Source of the DNA: a bacterium
Lineage (GTDB): Bacteria; Patescibacteriota; UBA1384; CAILIB01
DNA: 64,000 nt
NCBI GenBank assembly: GCA_037131105.1
Contig: JBAXRQ010000001.1
Location: 130,039-194,038 of the forward strand
Direction: 5' to 3'
Positions 50,101 through 59,580 of the stretch are shown piece by piece (the first letter of the stretch is position 1; every line of letters begins with the position of its first letter). Made by a program: the position numbers and the translations under genes. The notes under the pieces are model-generated. The model saw nothing but the letters and a program-made list of their open reading frames with translations, made no database searches and was not told the DNA's origin.

Positions 50101-51843
50101 CTAGATCATCTCTTTAAGGCGAGCAAAAAGCTCCTGCACCTTTTGGCTGTCTCCTTGCTGTTGGGCGAGGCTAATCTGCTGCGCCAGGCTGGCCTTAGTG
50201 TCCTCCTTGGCGTCGGAACGCAGGCGCTGGGCCAGCAGGAGAAACTCCTCCATGGCCCAGAGGTCGTTGGTCTCGGTCTCGTCGTATTTCTGCAGGATCC
50301 CCTGGATATACAGGGATGTTTCCTTTACTTTCTGTTCGCCCAGCCGTTCCTTTAGGGTGGCGGCTAGGTCGCTCTCGGCCTCGCGAAGTACTGGGAAGAT
50401 CTCATCCAGAAAAGGCGTGGCCTCGGTGACAGGTAATGAAAGCACCTGCTCTCGGACCGTGGGGAAGATGCTGGGAAAGGCCAATACCAGGGCTATGGCA
50501 AGTTCAGTGAGGTTCACCTTGTGATCTTCTGGCTTAGGAGTCGTAGTAGCAATAGCTACTCCTGGCTTGCCTCCTATCCTCGATAGGGCGGTTCTCAGGT
50601 TCTTTTCATCAGTCTCCAGCCGTACTGCCAGCCAGCGCAGCCATTCGGCCTGCTCGACTTCGTTCTTAATGCGAGAAAGCCAGGGGAGGATCTCCTGGAC
50701 GATCTCCTTCTTGGAAATAGGAGTGAGCTCAGGGTGTTCGCGCATGGCCTGGGCGATCAACCATTCCATGCCGTGCTGGCGCCCTTCATAGGCTTCCTGC
50801 CATCCGTCAGGATCATTCAGCAGGCAGTCGGCCGGGTCCTTGCCGTTCGGCAGGGGAATGACAAAGGGATTAAGCTCGGCGGCCATGACCAGCTCTAGTC
50901 CGCGTTTGGTAGCCTGGATACCTGCCTTGTCCCCGTCGTAGGCGAAGGCGATATTGGTGGTGAAACGGCCTAGTAGCTGTATCTGCTCAGTGGTAAGGGC
51001 GGTACCTGAGGAGGCGACGGTGTGGGTGAAGCCGTATTGGTGGAGCATGAGCACGTCCATCTGACCTTCTGCGAGAATGGCCAGGTCCTCATCCTGGATG
51101 GCCCGCTTGGCCAGATGAAGAGCATACAAGGCCCTACTTTTTATGAAGACCGGGGTTTCGGGAGTGTTCCAATACTTGGGTCCGCGGTTCACCCGGGGGT
51201 CATCAGTCATCTCCAGAAGGCGCCCGGTAAAGCCTACTACCTTGCCGGTGATATCACAGATGGGGAAGGTGACCCGGTCTTGGAACTTGCCGGGGTCGCC
51301 AGCCAAGGAGATCTCGGCCGGCTTGAATCCTTGCTTCTGGAGGGCGGCTGAGGTAGTGGTGCCTAGGGGTGCGTAACCGAGCTCGAAGTCGGCGATGGTC
51401 TTGTCGGTGAGGCCGCGGCCTTTTAGGTAGCCTAAGGCCTGCTCCCCGCGGGGGTGCTTAATAAGTATGGTATGCCAGAGCTTGGCGGCATAGGCGTTCA
51501 GCTCGTAGAGGCGGGGTTTTGAAGCGGCAGAAGTACCGGCAGCCTTGGCGGCTTCTGCGTGGCGGGGCTCCAATTGTACTCCGGTCCTCTCAGCCAATAG
51601 CTGCAGGGTCTCGGGGAAGGTAAGTCCTTCCAATTTCATGACGAAGTCGAAGATGTCGCCGCCTTCGCCGCAGCCGAAGCACTTGTAGATGCCCCGGTCC
51701 GGACTGACGGTAAAGGACGGCGTTTTTTCATTATGAAAAGGACAGCAGGCCTTGTAGATCCGGCCAGCTTTCTTCAGGGGAACGTAGCTACCTACTAACT
51801 GCTCAATAGGTAGTCTCGCTTTGATTTCGTCAGTCTCAGACAT
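50101..51843 (-). CDS. dnaG: DNA primase
   Basis: CPFH.EKTPSF, CFGC, PKY.NTPET, EGQMD, YDGD.AG. Confidence 0.97.
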   Translation of the reverse strand: MSETDEIKARLPIEQLVGSYVPLKKAGRIYKACCPFHNEKTPSFTVSPDRGIYKCFGCGEGGDIFDFVMKLEGLTFPETLQLLAERTGVQLEPRHAEAAKAAGTSAASKPRLYELNAYAAKLWHTILIKHPRGEQALGYLKGRGLTDKTIADFELGYAPLGTTTSAALQKQGFKPAEISLAGDPGKFQDRVTFPICDITGKVVGFTGRLLEMTDDPRVNRGPKYWNTPETPVFIKSRALYALHLAKRAIQDEDLAILAEGQMDVLMLHQYGFTHTVASSGTALTTEQIQLLGRFTTNIAFAYDGDKAGIQATKRGLELVMAAELNPFVIPLPNGKDPADCLLNDPDGWQEAYEGRQHGMEWLIAQAMREHPELTPISKKEIVQEILPWLSRIKNEVEQAEWLRWLAVRLETDEKNLRTALSRIGGKPGVAIATTTPKPEDHKVNLTELAIALVLAFPSIFPTVREQVLSLPVTEATPFLDEIFPVLREAESDLAATLKERLGEQKVKETSLYIQGILQKYDETETNDLWAMEEFLLLAQRLRSDAKEDTKASLAQQISLAQQQGDSQKVQELFARLKEMI

Positions 51844-51898
51844 AGATTCACACTAGCAGATTTTGGCCTTGCGGACAGTGTTGCTACAATGACCCAGT

Positions 51899-53776
51899 AT
51901 GGCCGGCTATATTATTCTCATTCTCTGTCTCTTTCTTGGTGCCGCCCTGGTGCGCCGCCTGCCACTTTCGTTGCATGTGCCTGAATATCTGGCGGCTTCC
52001 GCAGTGGTGGGATTGTTTATTGGCACCTGGATACTATTTTTACCTTCGATACTTATTCCGTACCGGTTCGCCTTTCCATTGGCGGGGGTGGTAATGGCTC
52101 TTTTGGCAGTCTGGCTCTGGCAGGGGGGCTCGTTCACAAAATGGACAGCCTTGCCGGCTAGAGCCTGGGTCTGGATTCCCATAGGAGCCGGCCTTTCAGC
52201 GTTCCTGGCCTATATCCTCTATACCCACTTGCTCATGCCCACGGCTGACGGCTGGAATACTGTGGGAAACACCTGGGGTGACCTGGCCCTCCACCTCTCG
52301 CTCATCTCGCGGCTGGCCGTCACTGACAAGGTGGATTTCAGACTGCCTATTCTGATCGGCCAGAATCTTACCTATCCTTTTCTTATCGATTTTCTCTCAG
52401 CTGTGCTGTACCGATCGGGAATGGGACTGCGCCTGGCCTTGCTGCTGCCAAGCGGGCTGCTGGCCCTAAGCTTCGTCCAGCTATTCTTCTTTCTGAGCTA
52501 CCGGTTGTTCAAAAAGGTGAGGGGAGCGGTCATCGGCGTTCTGCTCTTCTTATTTGCCTCAAGCTTTGCTGGGCTGTCTGAGTTCTATGCCGACTGGCGG
52601 GCCAGCGATTCCGGTCTCATCACTTTTGTTCAGGCCATTACAAAGACCTACGACCATCTTCCCAACCAGGGGCTTCATCTAACTAATGTTATTCTCGGCT
52701 ATCTAATCCCGCAGCGGGGCTATCTGTTTGGGCTGCCCGTATTTTGTCTGCTGGCTATACTGTGGTTTGAGGCTGACCGAGAGAAGGATGCGAAGACGCG
52801 TAACTGGCTCCTCTGGGCGGCAGCCCTGCTTCTGGGTCTCTTGCCCTTTGCCCACGTTCATACGTTCTTCGTAGCGGCGCTTATCTTCGGCTATCTGACT
52901 TTGCAGAGCATGCTGCGCGAAAAGTGCTTCATCACCAGCTGGACGCTACCGTTTGGTGCCGCTCTTATTCTGGTATTTCCCCAGCTGGCCTGGCAGTTTC
53001 TGGCTAGCTACCATAGCGGCTTCAGCTTTTACCAACTAGGCTGGCTGAAGTCTCCCGACCAAGGTCTAGTTACCTTCTGGTGGCGAAATATGGGGCCTGG
53101 CCTGGTATTTCTCATCGCGACACCGTTTTTGGCTGGCCGCTATCTCAACAGGCGCTTTGACTTTGGCTTTTTCCTACCGTTTCTGATCATCTTTGTGGCA
53201 GCTAACCTCTTTAGCTTCCAGCCCAACGGCTATGACAACGGCAAGCTGTTCCTCTACGTCTGGCTGGCCGTCTGTCTGTACGCAGGCTATTTCCTGGCTC
53301 GGTGGTCAGAGTGGTTCCGTGGTGCCTGGATCCTGGTGGCCATACTGATGCTGGCCATGATGGGCAGCGGAATACTGGGCTTCATTCCCGATATTACCAA
53401 GACCTATGCATTTCTTTCCAATGACGACCAGACTTTCGCAACTGACTTCCAGAAAGTGGTGCCGGTCGATGCCCTGGTCCTTACCGCCGACAGGCATAAC
53501 CACCCCGTACCTACGCTTACCGGCCGCCGTATAGTAATGGGATACCGGGGCTGGCTATGGACCTACGGCTACGACTATGTGCCCATCGAGAGGGACGTAC
53601 GGACCATGTTTGCCGGAAGCGCTGAGGGAGACGCATTGCTCCAAAGCTACGGAATCGACTATGTGGTGATAGGCAATACCGAGCGTATGGAATGGGGAGC
53701 TAACCAGGTCTATTTTGAGCAGCATTTCCAAGAGGTCTACTCAGGAGGGGAGTGGGAGGTCTTTAAGGTGGACTAA
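51899..53776 (+). CDS. Multi-pass GT-C-fold membrane glycosyltransferase-like protein
   Basis: WGDLALH, YPF..DF, PQR, more than 12 TM helices, C-terminal YGIDYVVIG..E. Confidence 0.65.
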   Translation: MAGYIILILCLFLGAALVRRLPLSLHVPEYLAASAVVGLFIGTWILFLPSILIPYRFAFPLAGVVMALLAVWLWQGGSFTKWTALPARAWVWIPIGAGLSAFLAYILYTHLLMPTADGWNTVGNTWGDLALHLSLISRLAVTDKVDFRLPILIGQNLTYPFLIDFLSAVLYRSGMGLRLALLLPSGLLALSFVQLFFFLSYRLFKKVRGAVIGVLLFLFASSFAGLSEFYADWRASDSGLITFVQAITKTYDHLPNQGLHLTNVILGYLIPQRGYLFGLPVFCLLAILWFEADREKDAKTRNWLLWAAALLLGLLPFAHVHTFFVAALIFGYLTLQSMLREKCFITSWTLPFGAALILVFPQLAWQFLASYHSGFSFYQLGWLKSPDQGLVTFWWRNMGPGLVFLIATPFLAGRYLNRRFDFGFFLPFLIIFVAANLFSFQPNGYDNGKLFLYVWLAVCLYAGYFLARWSEWFRGAWILVAILMLAMMGSGILGFIPDITKTYAFLSNDDQTFATDFQKVVPVDALVLTADRHNHPVPTLTGRRIVMGYRGWLWTYGYDYVPIERDVRTMFAGSAEGDALLQSYGIDYVVIGNTERMEWGANQVYFEQHFQEVYSGGEWEVFKVD

Positions 53777-55536
53777 GCGGTCGCGCCCTCGAAGCCGCCT
53801 GCTTGGATCTGCCAGAGTTTCTGGTAGGTGCCCTGAGTAGCCTTCACCAGCTCCTCGTGCCTGCCTTCCTCAGTGATTTTTCCGCCTTCAAGTACCAGGA
53901 TCCTATCCATCTGCATGATGGTCGAAAGTCGGTGGGCGATGACTATGGTGGTTTTGTCCTTCATTAACTTGGCCAGGGCGTCCTGAATGTAGCGCTCAGA
54001 CTCGGAGTCCAGGCTGGAGGTGGCTTCGTCAAGCACCAGGATGGGGGCGTCTTTCAAGATGGCCCGGGCAATGGCGACTCTTTGGCGCTCGCCGCCGGAC
54101 AGCTTTACGCCACGCTCACCGACGAAGGTGCCGTAGCCCTCGGGGAACTTGGAAATGAACTCGTGGCAATGGGCCAGCTTGGCAGCCTCGATGACCTCTT
54201 CGTCGCTGGCGTCCGGTTTGGCATAGCGGATATTCTCCAGCAGGCTCCTGTGGAATAGAATAGGCTCCTGCGGTACCAAAGCCACCTGTGAGCGCAGGCT
54301 GTCCTGGCTATGGGTGGCAATGTCCTGCCCGTCAATGAGGATGTGGCCCTTCTGAATGTCGAAGAAGCGCAGTATCAGCTTGACGATGGTGGACTTGCCT
54401 CCGCCAGAAGGTCCTACCAAAGCCACCTTCTCATGTGGTTTGATGGCCAGGTTGAAGCCTCCTAGAATGGGCTGCTCCTTGTCGTAGCCGAAGCTGACAT
54501 CCTTGAACTCGACGATGCCCTGGCTCACCGCAAGCTGGCCGGCTCCTGCTGGGTCGGCCACTTCATGTGGCATCAGTAGGATGTCAGTCATCTCAGCTGC
54601 GTCAGAAAGGCTGCGGTAGATCCTGTGGATGTTCCTACCCAGTCCCCAGAGCTGGTCAAAGATCTGCAGGAGGTAGGCCTGTAGCAGGGCGAAGTCACCG
54701 ACAGTAAGGCGGCCTTCTTTCCAGAGAGTAAGAGCAAACCAGAGCACGGCAAACTCAAGGATGATCATTAGCAGTCCCTGGGTGGCTTCAGCTACCTGGT
54801 CGAGATTCCAGGTAAATCGACGCATTGCCAGGAGTGCCCGGTTGAGCTTACCGAAAGCGGTCTCTTCCTGGGAGTATCCGTTAAAAAGCTTGAGGTTGAT
54901 GCTGTTTCCTACTACGTCAGCGAGGTGGCCGGTTACGGCGCTGTCCGCCTCGGCTCGGGCTACATTAAACTTGAACTTGTACTGGGCGAACCAGTAATTG
55001 GCGATGGTGTAGAGTATTGCCCAGATAGCCAATAGTCCGGCCAGCACTCGGTAATGGATAAACAGGACTGCAAAGATGATACTGAGACGCACTATGAGGT
55101 TCAGGACGTTGAAGATCACCTGGTCGGCGAGATCCTCAAAGGCGTCCGGGAAACGGTTGGCCCGACGGACCAGGCTACCGGCGAAGTTGTTGTTGAAGAA
55201 GTTGTAGGAGTGGCGGGAGAGATACTTGAAGCAGGTCTCCATCAGGTCGGCCATGACGGCGCTTTCGAAGTAGGTGGTAGTAACCATGGTTACCCGCCAG
55301 GTGGCCCAGCCGGCTATGGCCACGACGGCGATCCAGGCTACTATGACGAAAGGATTCCCCTCCGACTGTCCGCCCACTATGTCGAAGAGACCCTTGTAAA
55401 GGAAGGGCTTGTACAGGTCGGCCGACGAAGCGGCGATGACCCCGAGGACTATCACTGCCATCTGCAGCCAACGGCTGCGGCAATGACGCCAAAAAATGGC
55501 CAGGGTGGCCTTGGTGTTCGATGTCGTTTCTTTCAT
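53773..55536 (-). CDS. ABC exporter (fused TMD-NBD)
   Basis: GPSGGGKST, VGERGVKLSGGERQR, LDEATSSLD. Confidence 0.93.
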   Translation of the reverse strand: MKETTSNTKATLAIFWRHCRSRWLQMAVIVLGVIAASSADLYKPFLYKGLFDIVGGQSEGNPFVIVAWIAVVAIAGWATWRVTMVTTTYFESAVMADLMETCFKYLSRHSYNFFNNNFAGSLVRRANRFPDAFEDLADQVIFNVLNLIVRLSIIFAVLFIHYRVLAGLLAIWAILYTIANYWFAQYKFKFNVARAEADSAVTGHLADVVGNSINLKLFNGYSQEETAFGKLNRALLAMRRFTWNLDQVAEATQGLLMIILEFAVLWFALTLWKEGRLTVGDFALLQAYLLQIFDQLWGLGRNIHRIYRSLSDAAEMTDILLMPHEVADPAGAGQLAVSQGIVEFKDVSFGYDKEQPILGGFNLAIKPHEKVALVGPSGGGKSTIVKLILRFFDIQKGHILIDGQDIATHSQDSLRSQVALVPQEPILFHRSLLENIRYAKPDASDEEVIEAAKLAHCHEFISKFPEGYGTFVGERGVKLSGGERQRVAIARAILKDAPILVLDEATSSLDSESERYIQDALAKLMKDKTTIVIAHRLSTIMQMDRILVLEGGKITEEGRHEELVKATQGTYQKLWQIQAGGFEGATA

Positions 55537-55589
55537 AGGAGCCTTATTATATCAGAACGATATAGTTGAGGCAAACCTGGTTTTCGATA

Positions 55590-56075
55590 TTAAAGCCGGG
55601 TCCTGACGCGGGTGCTGACCGTCTCGAAACGGGCCTTGGCAGCTTCCTTCAAAAGGCCGGGATTGAAGTCGTAGATGATGTGGTCGAGATAAGGGAGTTC
55701 CAACTTCTTGCCCCATTCTTGGGCGGCCTTGATGAGAGCTGGTGCCACTTCCTCGGTAGTCTCGTTAGGTGAAACCATGAGCTCCTCTATCCAGCCATAG
55801 CGTTCCTGGGTCCGGTAGTCGTTCTCGCTCTCCTGCTCGACGCTGAGCTGGACGAGACCGGCTAGCTTTTCACCGCGGAAAGCAAGTAAAAAGGCCCACT
55901 CAGGATCGTCGAGGACGTTGACGAAGGTCTGGGGCTGTAGGGCCAGCTCGGCGCCGGCCTGCTTATAGTTCTCTGGGTACTTCTTGGCAAGCCCACGCAG
56001 GACCTGACGAAACAGGCCGTGGATGGCCTGGTAGTCAGTCTGGACCGCTTCGCGGATGGTGAGGGTTGAAGGCAT
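55590..56075 (-). CDS. GNAT-fold protein
   Basis: IREA...D, G.I.EL.V......ALI..A..W; acetyl-CoA loop degenerate. Confidence 0.65.
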   Translation of the reverse strand: MPSTLTIREAVQTDYQAIHGLFRQVLRGLAKKYPENYKQAGAELALQPQTFVNVLDDPEWAFLLAFRGEKLAGLVQLSVEQESENDYRTQERYGWIEELMVSPNETTEEVAPALIKAAQEWGKKLELPYLDHIIYDFNPGLLKEAAKARFETVSTRVRTRL

Positions 56076-56171
56076 GAACCTAACCTACACTGAAACACTG
56101 AGTTTGTCCACGTGGAAATACTGGTATACTGAGAAAGCACTAAGAACGCCCTATATAGTAATTGGCAACCC

Positions 56172-56966
56172 ATGGATGCAGAACCCATTGCAGCCGACGT
56201 CCTGGCGGAAGAGATCGTCTCAGTTCCTTCTAAAAAGCCGATGCTGCCAATGCTGGGCGCCATCGTAGTAGTGCTGCTTATTGCCATAGGGGGCTATTTT
56301 GCCTATGCCCATTCCAAGAAGGCTGCCCCTGCCGCCATAGCGACCGTACCCACAAAGGCCTTCGCCCAGAATGACGTGAGCTTTAACTACAATGCTAGTT
56401 GGCTGGTTCTTACCGGCAAGCAGGTATTCCAGGGAGATACTTCTACGGTTTCTAAGCCGCCGTATACCGAAGACCAGTATTTCTTCTACACCAAGGCAGG
56501 CTTGGAAAAACTCAAGAAGGCAGCGACTGCTACCGCCTCTCCTACTGACGGCAGTTCTGGGACAGTCAACTTTTACACTGAGGCAGTGGTCTCTCGAATA
56601 ACCTACGAAAGCGCCCATGCCACGGCCCGATCAGCCACTCAGAGCATTTGTAAGGGTACCGAAGTGAGCTATTCGAGTGGTACCGCTCCTGACGAGTCTC
56701 GCATTAAAGCTGTTGTCGTGAACGGCATCTCTGGCTACACGCTTACCCCCGAGGCTACTTGCAATAACAAGAGCGTGCTCTTCTTTTTTGACAGCACCCA
56801 TCTTACTTCCCTCCCAACACCTGAGACGGTCCCGGGGGTCGTAGTCAGCGGAGACCCTACACCGGCGCCCTCTCCCGATAGCTATATCCTCAGCTTTCCC
56901 GGAGCAACTACCCTTGCGGGGCTTACTGGCGACCAGAAGCTAATCGTAGAAAGTCTGAAGAAATAG
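56172..56966 (+). CDS. Hypothetical single-pass membrane protein
   Basis: N-terminal TM; SFNY...W PsbP-like start; ends IVESLK. Confidence 0.65.
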   Translation: MDAEPIAADVLAEEIVSVPSKKPMLPMLGAIVVVLLIAIGGYFAYAHSKKAAPAAIATVPTKAFAQNDVSFNYNASWLVLTGKQVFQGDTSTVSKPPYTEDQYFFYTKAGLEKLKKAATATASPTDGSSGTVNFYTEAVVSRITYESAHATARSATQSICKGTEVSYSSGTAPDESRIKAVVVNGISGYTLTPEATCNNKSVLFFFDSTHLTSLPTPETVPGVVVSGDPTPAPSPDSYILSFPGATTLAGLTGDQKLIVESLKK

Positions 56967-57010
56967 AAAAGCTGCTATGCTAGAGCTAACTTAGCGCTAG
57001 AAAATGTCCT

Positions 57011-57694
57011 ATGGGGAACGTCATACTTATCTCAGGAGGTAGCGACGGGCTTGGCCGGGAGATCGCCCGTATCCTGGCTCCTGACTGCCAGGTGGTTGTA
57101 TTCTCGACCAAAGAAGACAAGCTGAGGACTCTCTCAGAAGAGACAGGGTGTGCTTACCAGGTGGGAGACGTCACCGCATGGGATGATGTCGAACGGATTT
57201 GCCAGTGGACCATTGCGACCTACGGAAGAATTGACTGCCTCATCAACAATGCCGGTGTCTGGCTGGAAGGTCCCCTTGATGAGAATACGCCGGCCGAGAT
57301 CTCCCGGGTGATGAATGTGAATGCGACAGGCACCATGCTCCTCACCCGCGCCGCCCTTCCCCAGCTGAAGGTCCAGGGCGCCGGTACTATCATCAATGTC
57401 ATTTCCCAGGCGGGCATAACTTCCCAGGCAGACCGTAGCGTCTACTATGCCTCGAAGTGGGCGATAACCGGCTTCACCAAGTGTCTGCAGGCCGAACTGG
57501 GCCCCCAGAATATCAAGGTGACCGCTGTTTATCCCGGCTCTATGCTGACTAGCTTCTTCGACAAAGCGGGTAATCCCCGTGATATGTCCAAGGCGCTTGA
57601 CCCGGTCGCGGTCGCTAAGGCTATCGTCTCGGTAGTCCGCTTGGAGGGGGACGCCACCATACCGGAGATTGGTATTAAGTATGTTCTAAAGTAG
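57011..57694 (+). CDS. Short-chain dehydrogenase/reductase
   Basis: SGGSDGLG, NNAG, YYASK. Confidence 0.93.
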   Translation: MGNVILISGGSDGLGREIARILAPDCQVVVFSTKEDKLRTLSEETGCAYQVGDVTAWDDVERICQWTIATYGRIDCLINNAGVWLEGPLDENTPAEISRVMNVNATGTMLLTRAALPQLKVQGAGTIINVISQAGITSQADRSVYYASKWAITGFTKCLQAELGPQNIKVTAVYPGSMLTSFFDKAGNPRDMSKALDPVAVAKAIVSVVRLEGDATIPEIGIKYVLK

Positions 57695-57699
57695 ATCCT

Positions 57700-58014
57700 A
57701 TGTCCTTCAAATCCCAGCAGGAGCAGGTTGACGTCTGGGCCCAGCAGTTCGCTGTGCCGTACTGGCAGCCCTTGGAAATGATGGCGCGTCTGACCGAGGA
57801 GACAGGGGAGCTGGCCCGCGAGATTAATCACCGTTTCGGTCCTAAGAAGAAAAAGTCTACCGAATCAGCGGCCGAGATGGGAGACGAGATCGCCGACATC
57901 ATGTTCACCCTGATATGTATTGCCAATGCCCAGGATATCGACCTGGACGAGGCCTTTGACAGGTGCATGGAAAAGGTAGGGGTTCGCGACGCCAACCGGT
58001 TCGAGAAGAAGTAG
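57700..58014 (+). CDS. MazG-like (YpjD) nucleotide pyrophosphohydrolase
   Basis: RLTEETGELARE, DEIAD, RD..RF. Confidence 0.92.
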   Translation: MSFKSQQEQVDVWAQQFAVPYWQPLEMMARLTEETGELAREINHRFGPKKKKSTESAAEMGDEIADIMFTLICIANAQDIDLDEAFDRCMEKVGVRDANRFEKK

Positions 58015-58019
58015 GCCTG

Positions 58020-58613
58020 TTACTTTTTTGCGATGAAATCAAAGGTGTGCCAGTGCTTTGGTGTGCCGGCTGCCGTGCTGCCGTCCCACTCCTTTTCATC
58101 AAGCTTTAGTGTCTCTAGGCCGGAGAGCAGGGTCATCACTTGCTCGCGCGTATGAAACGTCATACGGGGCCGATCCAGTTGCCATTGGTCGCGGGTGCCG
58201 AAGAGGTTGCCGCAGAATACGCCGCCCGGTCTCAGTGAGGCGACTATGCGGGCGAATACGTCATTGAAGCTGTCTGGCGGGTTAAAGGGAAGGGAATACA
58301 TGGCGTTTGCTAGGCAGTACTTTGAGGCAGGAAAATCGAAGCTAGCAAAGCTAGTCATAACCGGGTGAAAACGGGAACTATCCAGCCCCACGGTTAGTTC
58401 GATTGGAAGCGGCTCACTGTCCAACGCTGTCACGTCGAACGACTTTTCTATTAGTAGTTTAGTGTCCTTCAAGGCACCAGAGCCGATGTCGATGGCTTTT
58501 CCAGGAGTGGAGATGTACTCCAGTGCCTCTAATAGTAACGGACTGGGCGGCTGGACTTGGGTGATAGCATAATACTGGCTCCATTGGGTGGTAGTTTCTT
58601 TGGGACTGTCCAT
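58020..58613 (-). CDS. Class I SAM-dependent methyltransferase (TehB-like)
   Basis: AIDIGSG, LRPGG.F.G..FG.RD.W, KHWH; probable start MDSPK. Confidence 0.85.
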   Translation of the reverse strand: MDSPKETTTQWSQYYAITQVQPPSPLLLEALEYISTPGKAIDIGSGALKDTKLLIEKSFDVTALDSEPLPIELTVGLDSSRFHPVMTSFASFDFPASKYCLANAMYSLPFNPPDSFNDVFARIVASLRPGGVFCGNLFGTRDQWQLDRPRMTFHTREQVMTLLSGLETLKLDEKEWDGSTAAGTPKHWHTFDFIAKK

Positions 58614-58617
58614 TGTC

Positions 58618-59138
58618 TTATTGTAGGAGGCCAGCAAAGTCCAGCGCCAGGTAACCAGTGGCGATATCAGAGAGCTCACCGGTCCTCAGATGCTTCCTGA
58701 ACTCTACAAGCGGGAGCAGTACTATCTCGATGGGTTCCCAGGGATCGTTCTTGGGTTCGGCAGTCTTTACGCAGTTGCGGGCGATATAGTTGTAGCGCAG
58801 ACAGGTGGAATAGGCGTCGGCTAGGCTGGTCCCCACAAACTCAAAATTACCGGTGTATCCGGTTTCCTCAAGCAGCTCCCGTTTAGCTGCCTCCATGAAT
58901 TCTTCACCCTTTTCTGAGGCGCCACCTGGGATATCGAGCAATATCCGCTCGGGGCCGGGCCGGAATTGGCGGGCTAGGACGACCTGGTTGTCTGGGGTGA
59001 GGGCCAGGGTGCAGACGGGATGGCCCTCCTGCTTGATATCAAAATCAGCAGTAATCCCGGTGGGCAGCTCAAAGACCACCGGTCAATCTTGCGGTAGCCG
59101 TCGTAGATGCGGGTAGAGGAGATCTTTTTCCAGTTCAT
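58618..59138 (-). pseudogene. NUDIX hydrolase (ADP-ribose pyrophosphatase-like) split by a 1-nt frameshift near 59080
   Basis: NUDIX box GG....E....AAKRELLEETG in ORF 58618-59079; the N-terminus MNWKKISSTRIYDGYRKIDR from ATG 59138 is in a different frame. Confidence 0.7.
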
Positions 59139-59301
59139 AGTAAAGAATTAGAGGCTATAGCTTTATGGTAGGGAATTGCACATGGATTTGCGAGAGGGAT
59201 GACGCTCGTCAAGCCAGTCTCACGACTGGTTTTGACTTCGCTAACTTCGGTGGTCGGGTAAGCCTACCACCGAAGTCGAACCCTTGAGGGTTCTTCCCTT
59301 T

Positions 59302-59369
59302 TCCCTCTCTCTCCGCCACAAAAAAAGATCTACTGATGTAGATCTTTTTTTGTGGCGGAGAGAGAGGGA
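59302..59369. repeat. Perfect 32-bp inverted repeat overlapping the tRNA-Ser 3' end
   Basis: 59302-59333 pairs with 59338-59369 around a TGAT loop. Confidence 0.95.
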
Positions 59370-59440
59370 TTCGAACCCTCGGTACCTTTCGGTACACACG
59401 CTTTCCAAGCGTGCGCACTAGACCACTATGCGATCTCTCC
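59353..59440 (-). tRNA. tRNA-Ser (GGA)
   Basis: GGAGAGA...CACGC-TTGGAAA-GCGTG, long variable arm GTACC-GAAA-GGTAC, GAGGG-TTCGAAT-CCCTC, ends GCCA. Confidence 0.97.
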
Positions 59441-59580
59441 TGAAGCGAGGCAGAAAAGAAAGTTTACTTTCTTTTCTGATGAGCGAAGGAGAAGCACGCC
59501 GTAGGCATGCGTCTCTCCGTTTCTCGCGTTGTATGGGTGCGTGAGCGAGGAGTACGTCTTATGGGCTCCAACCGATCTTA

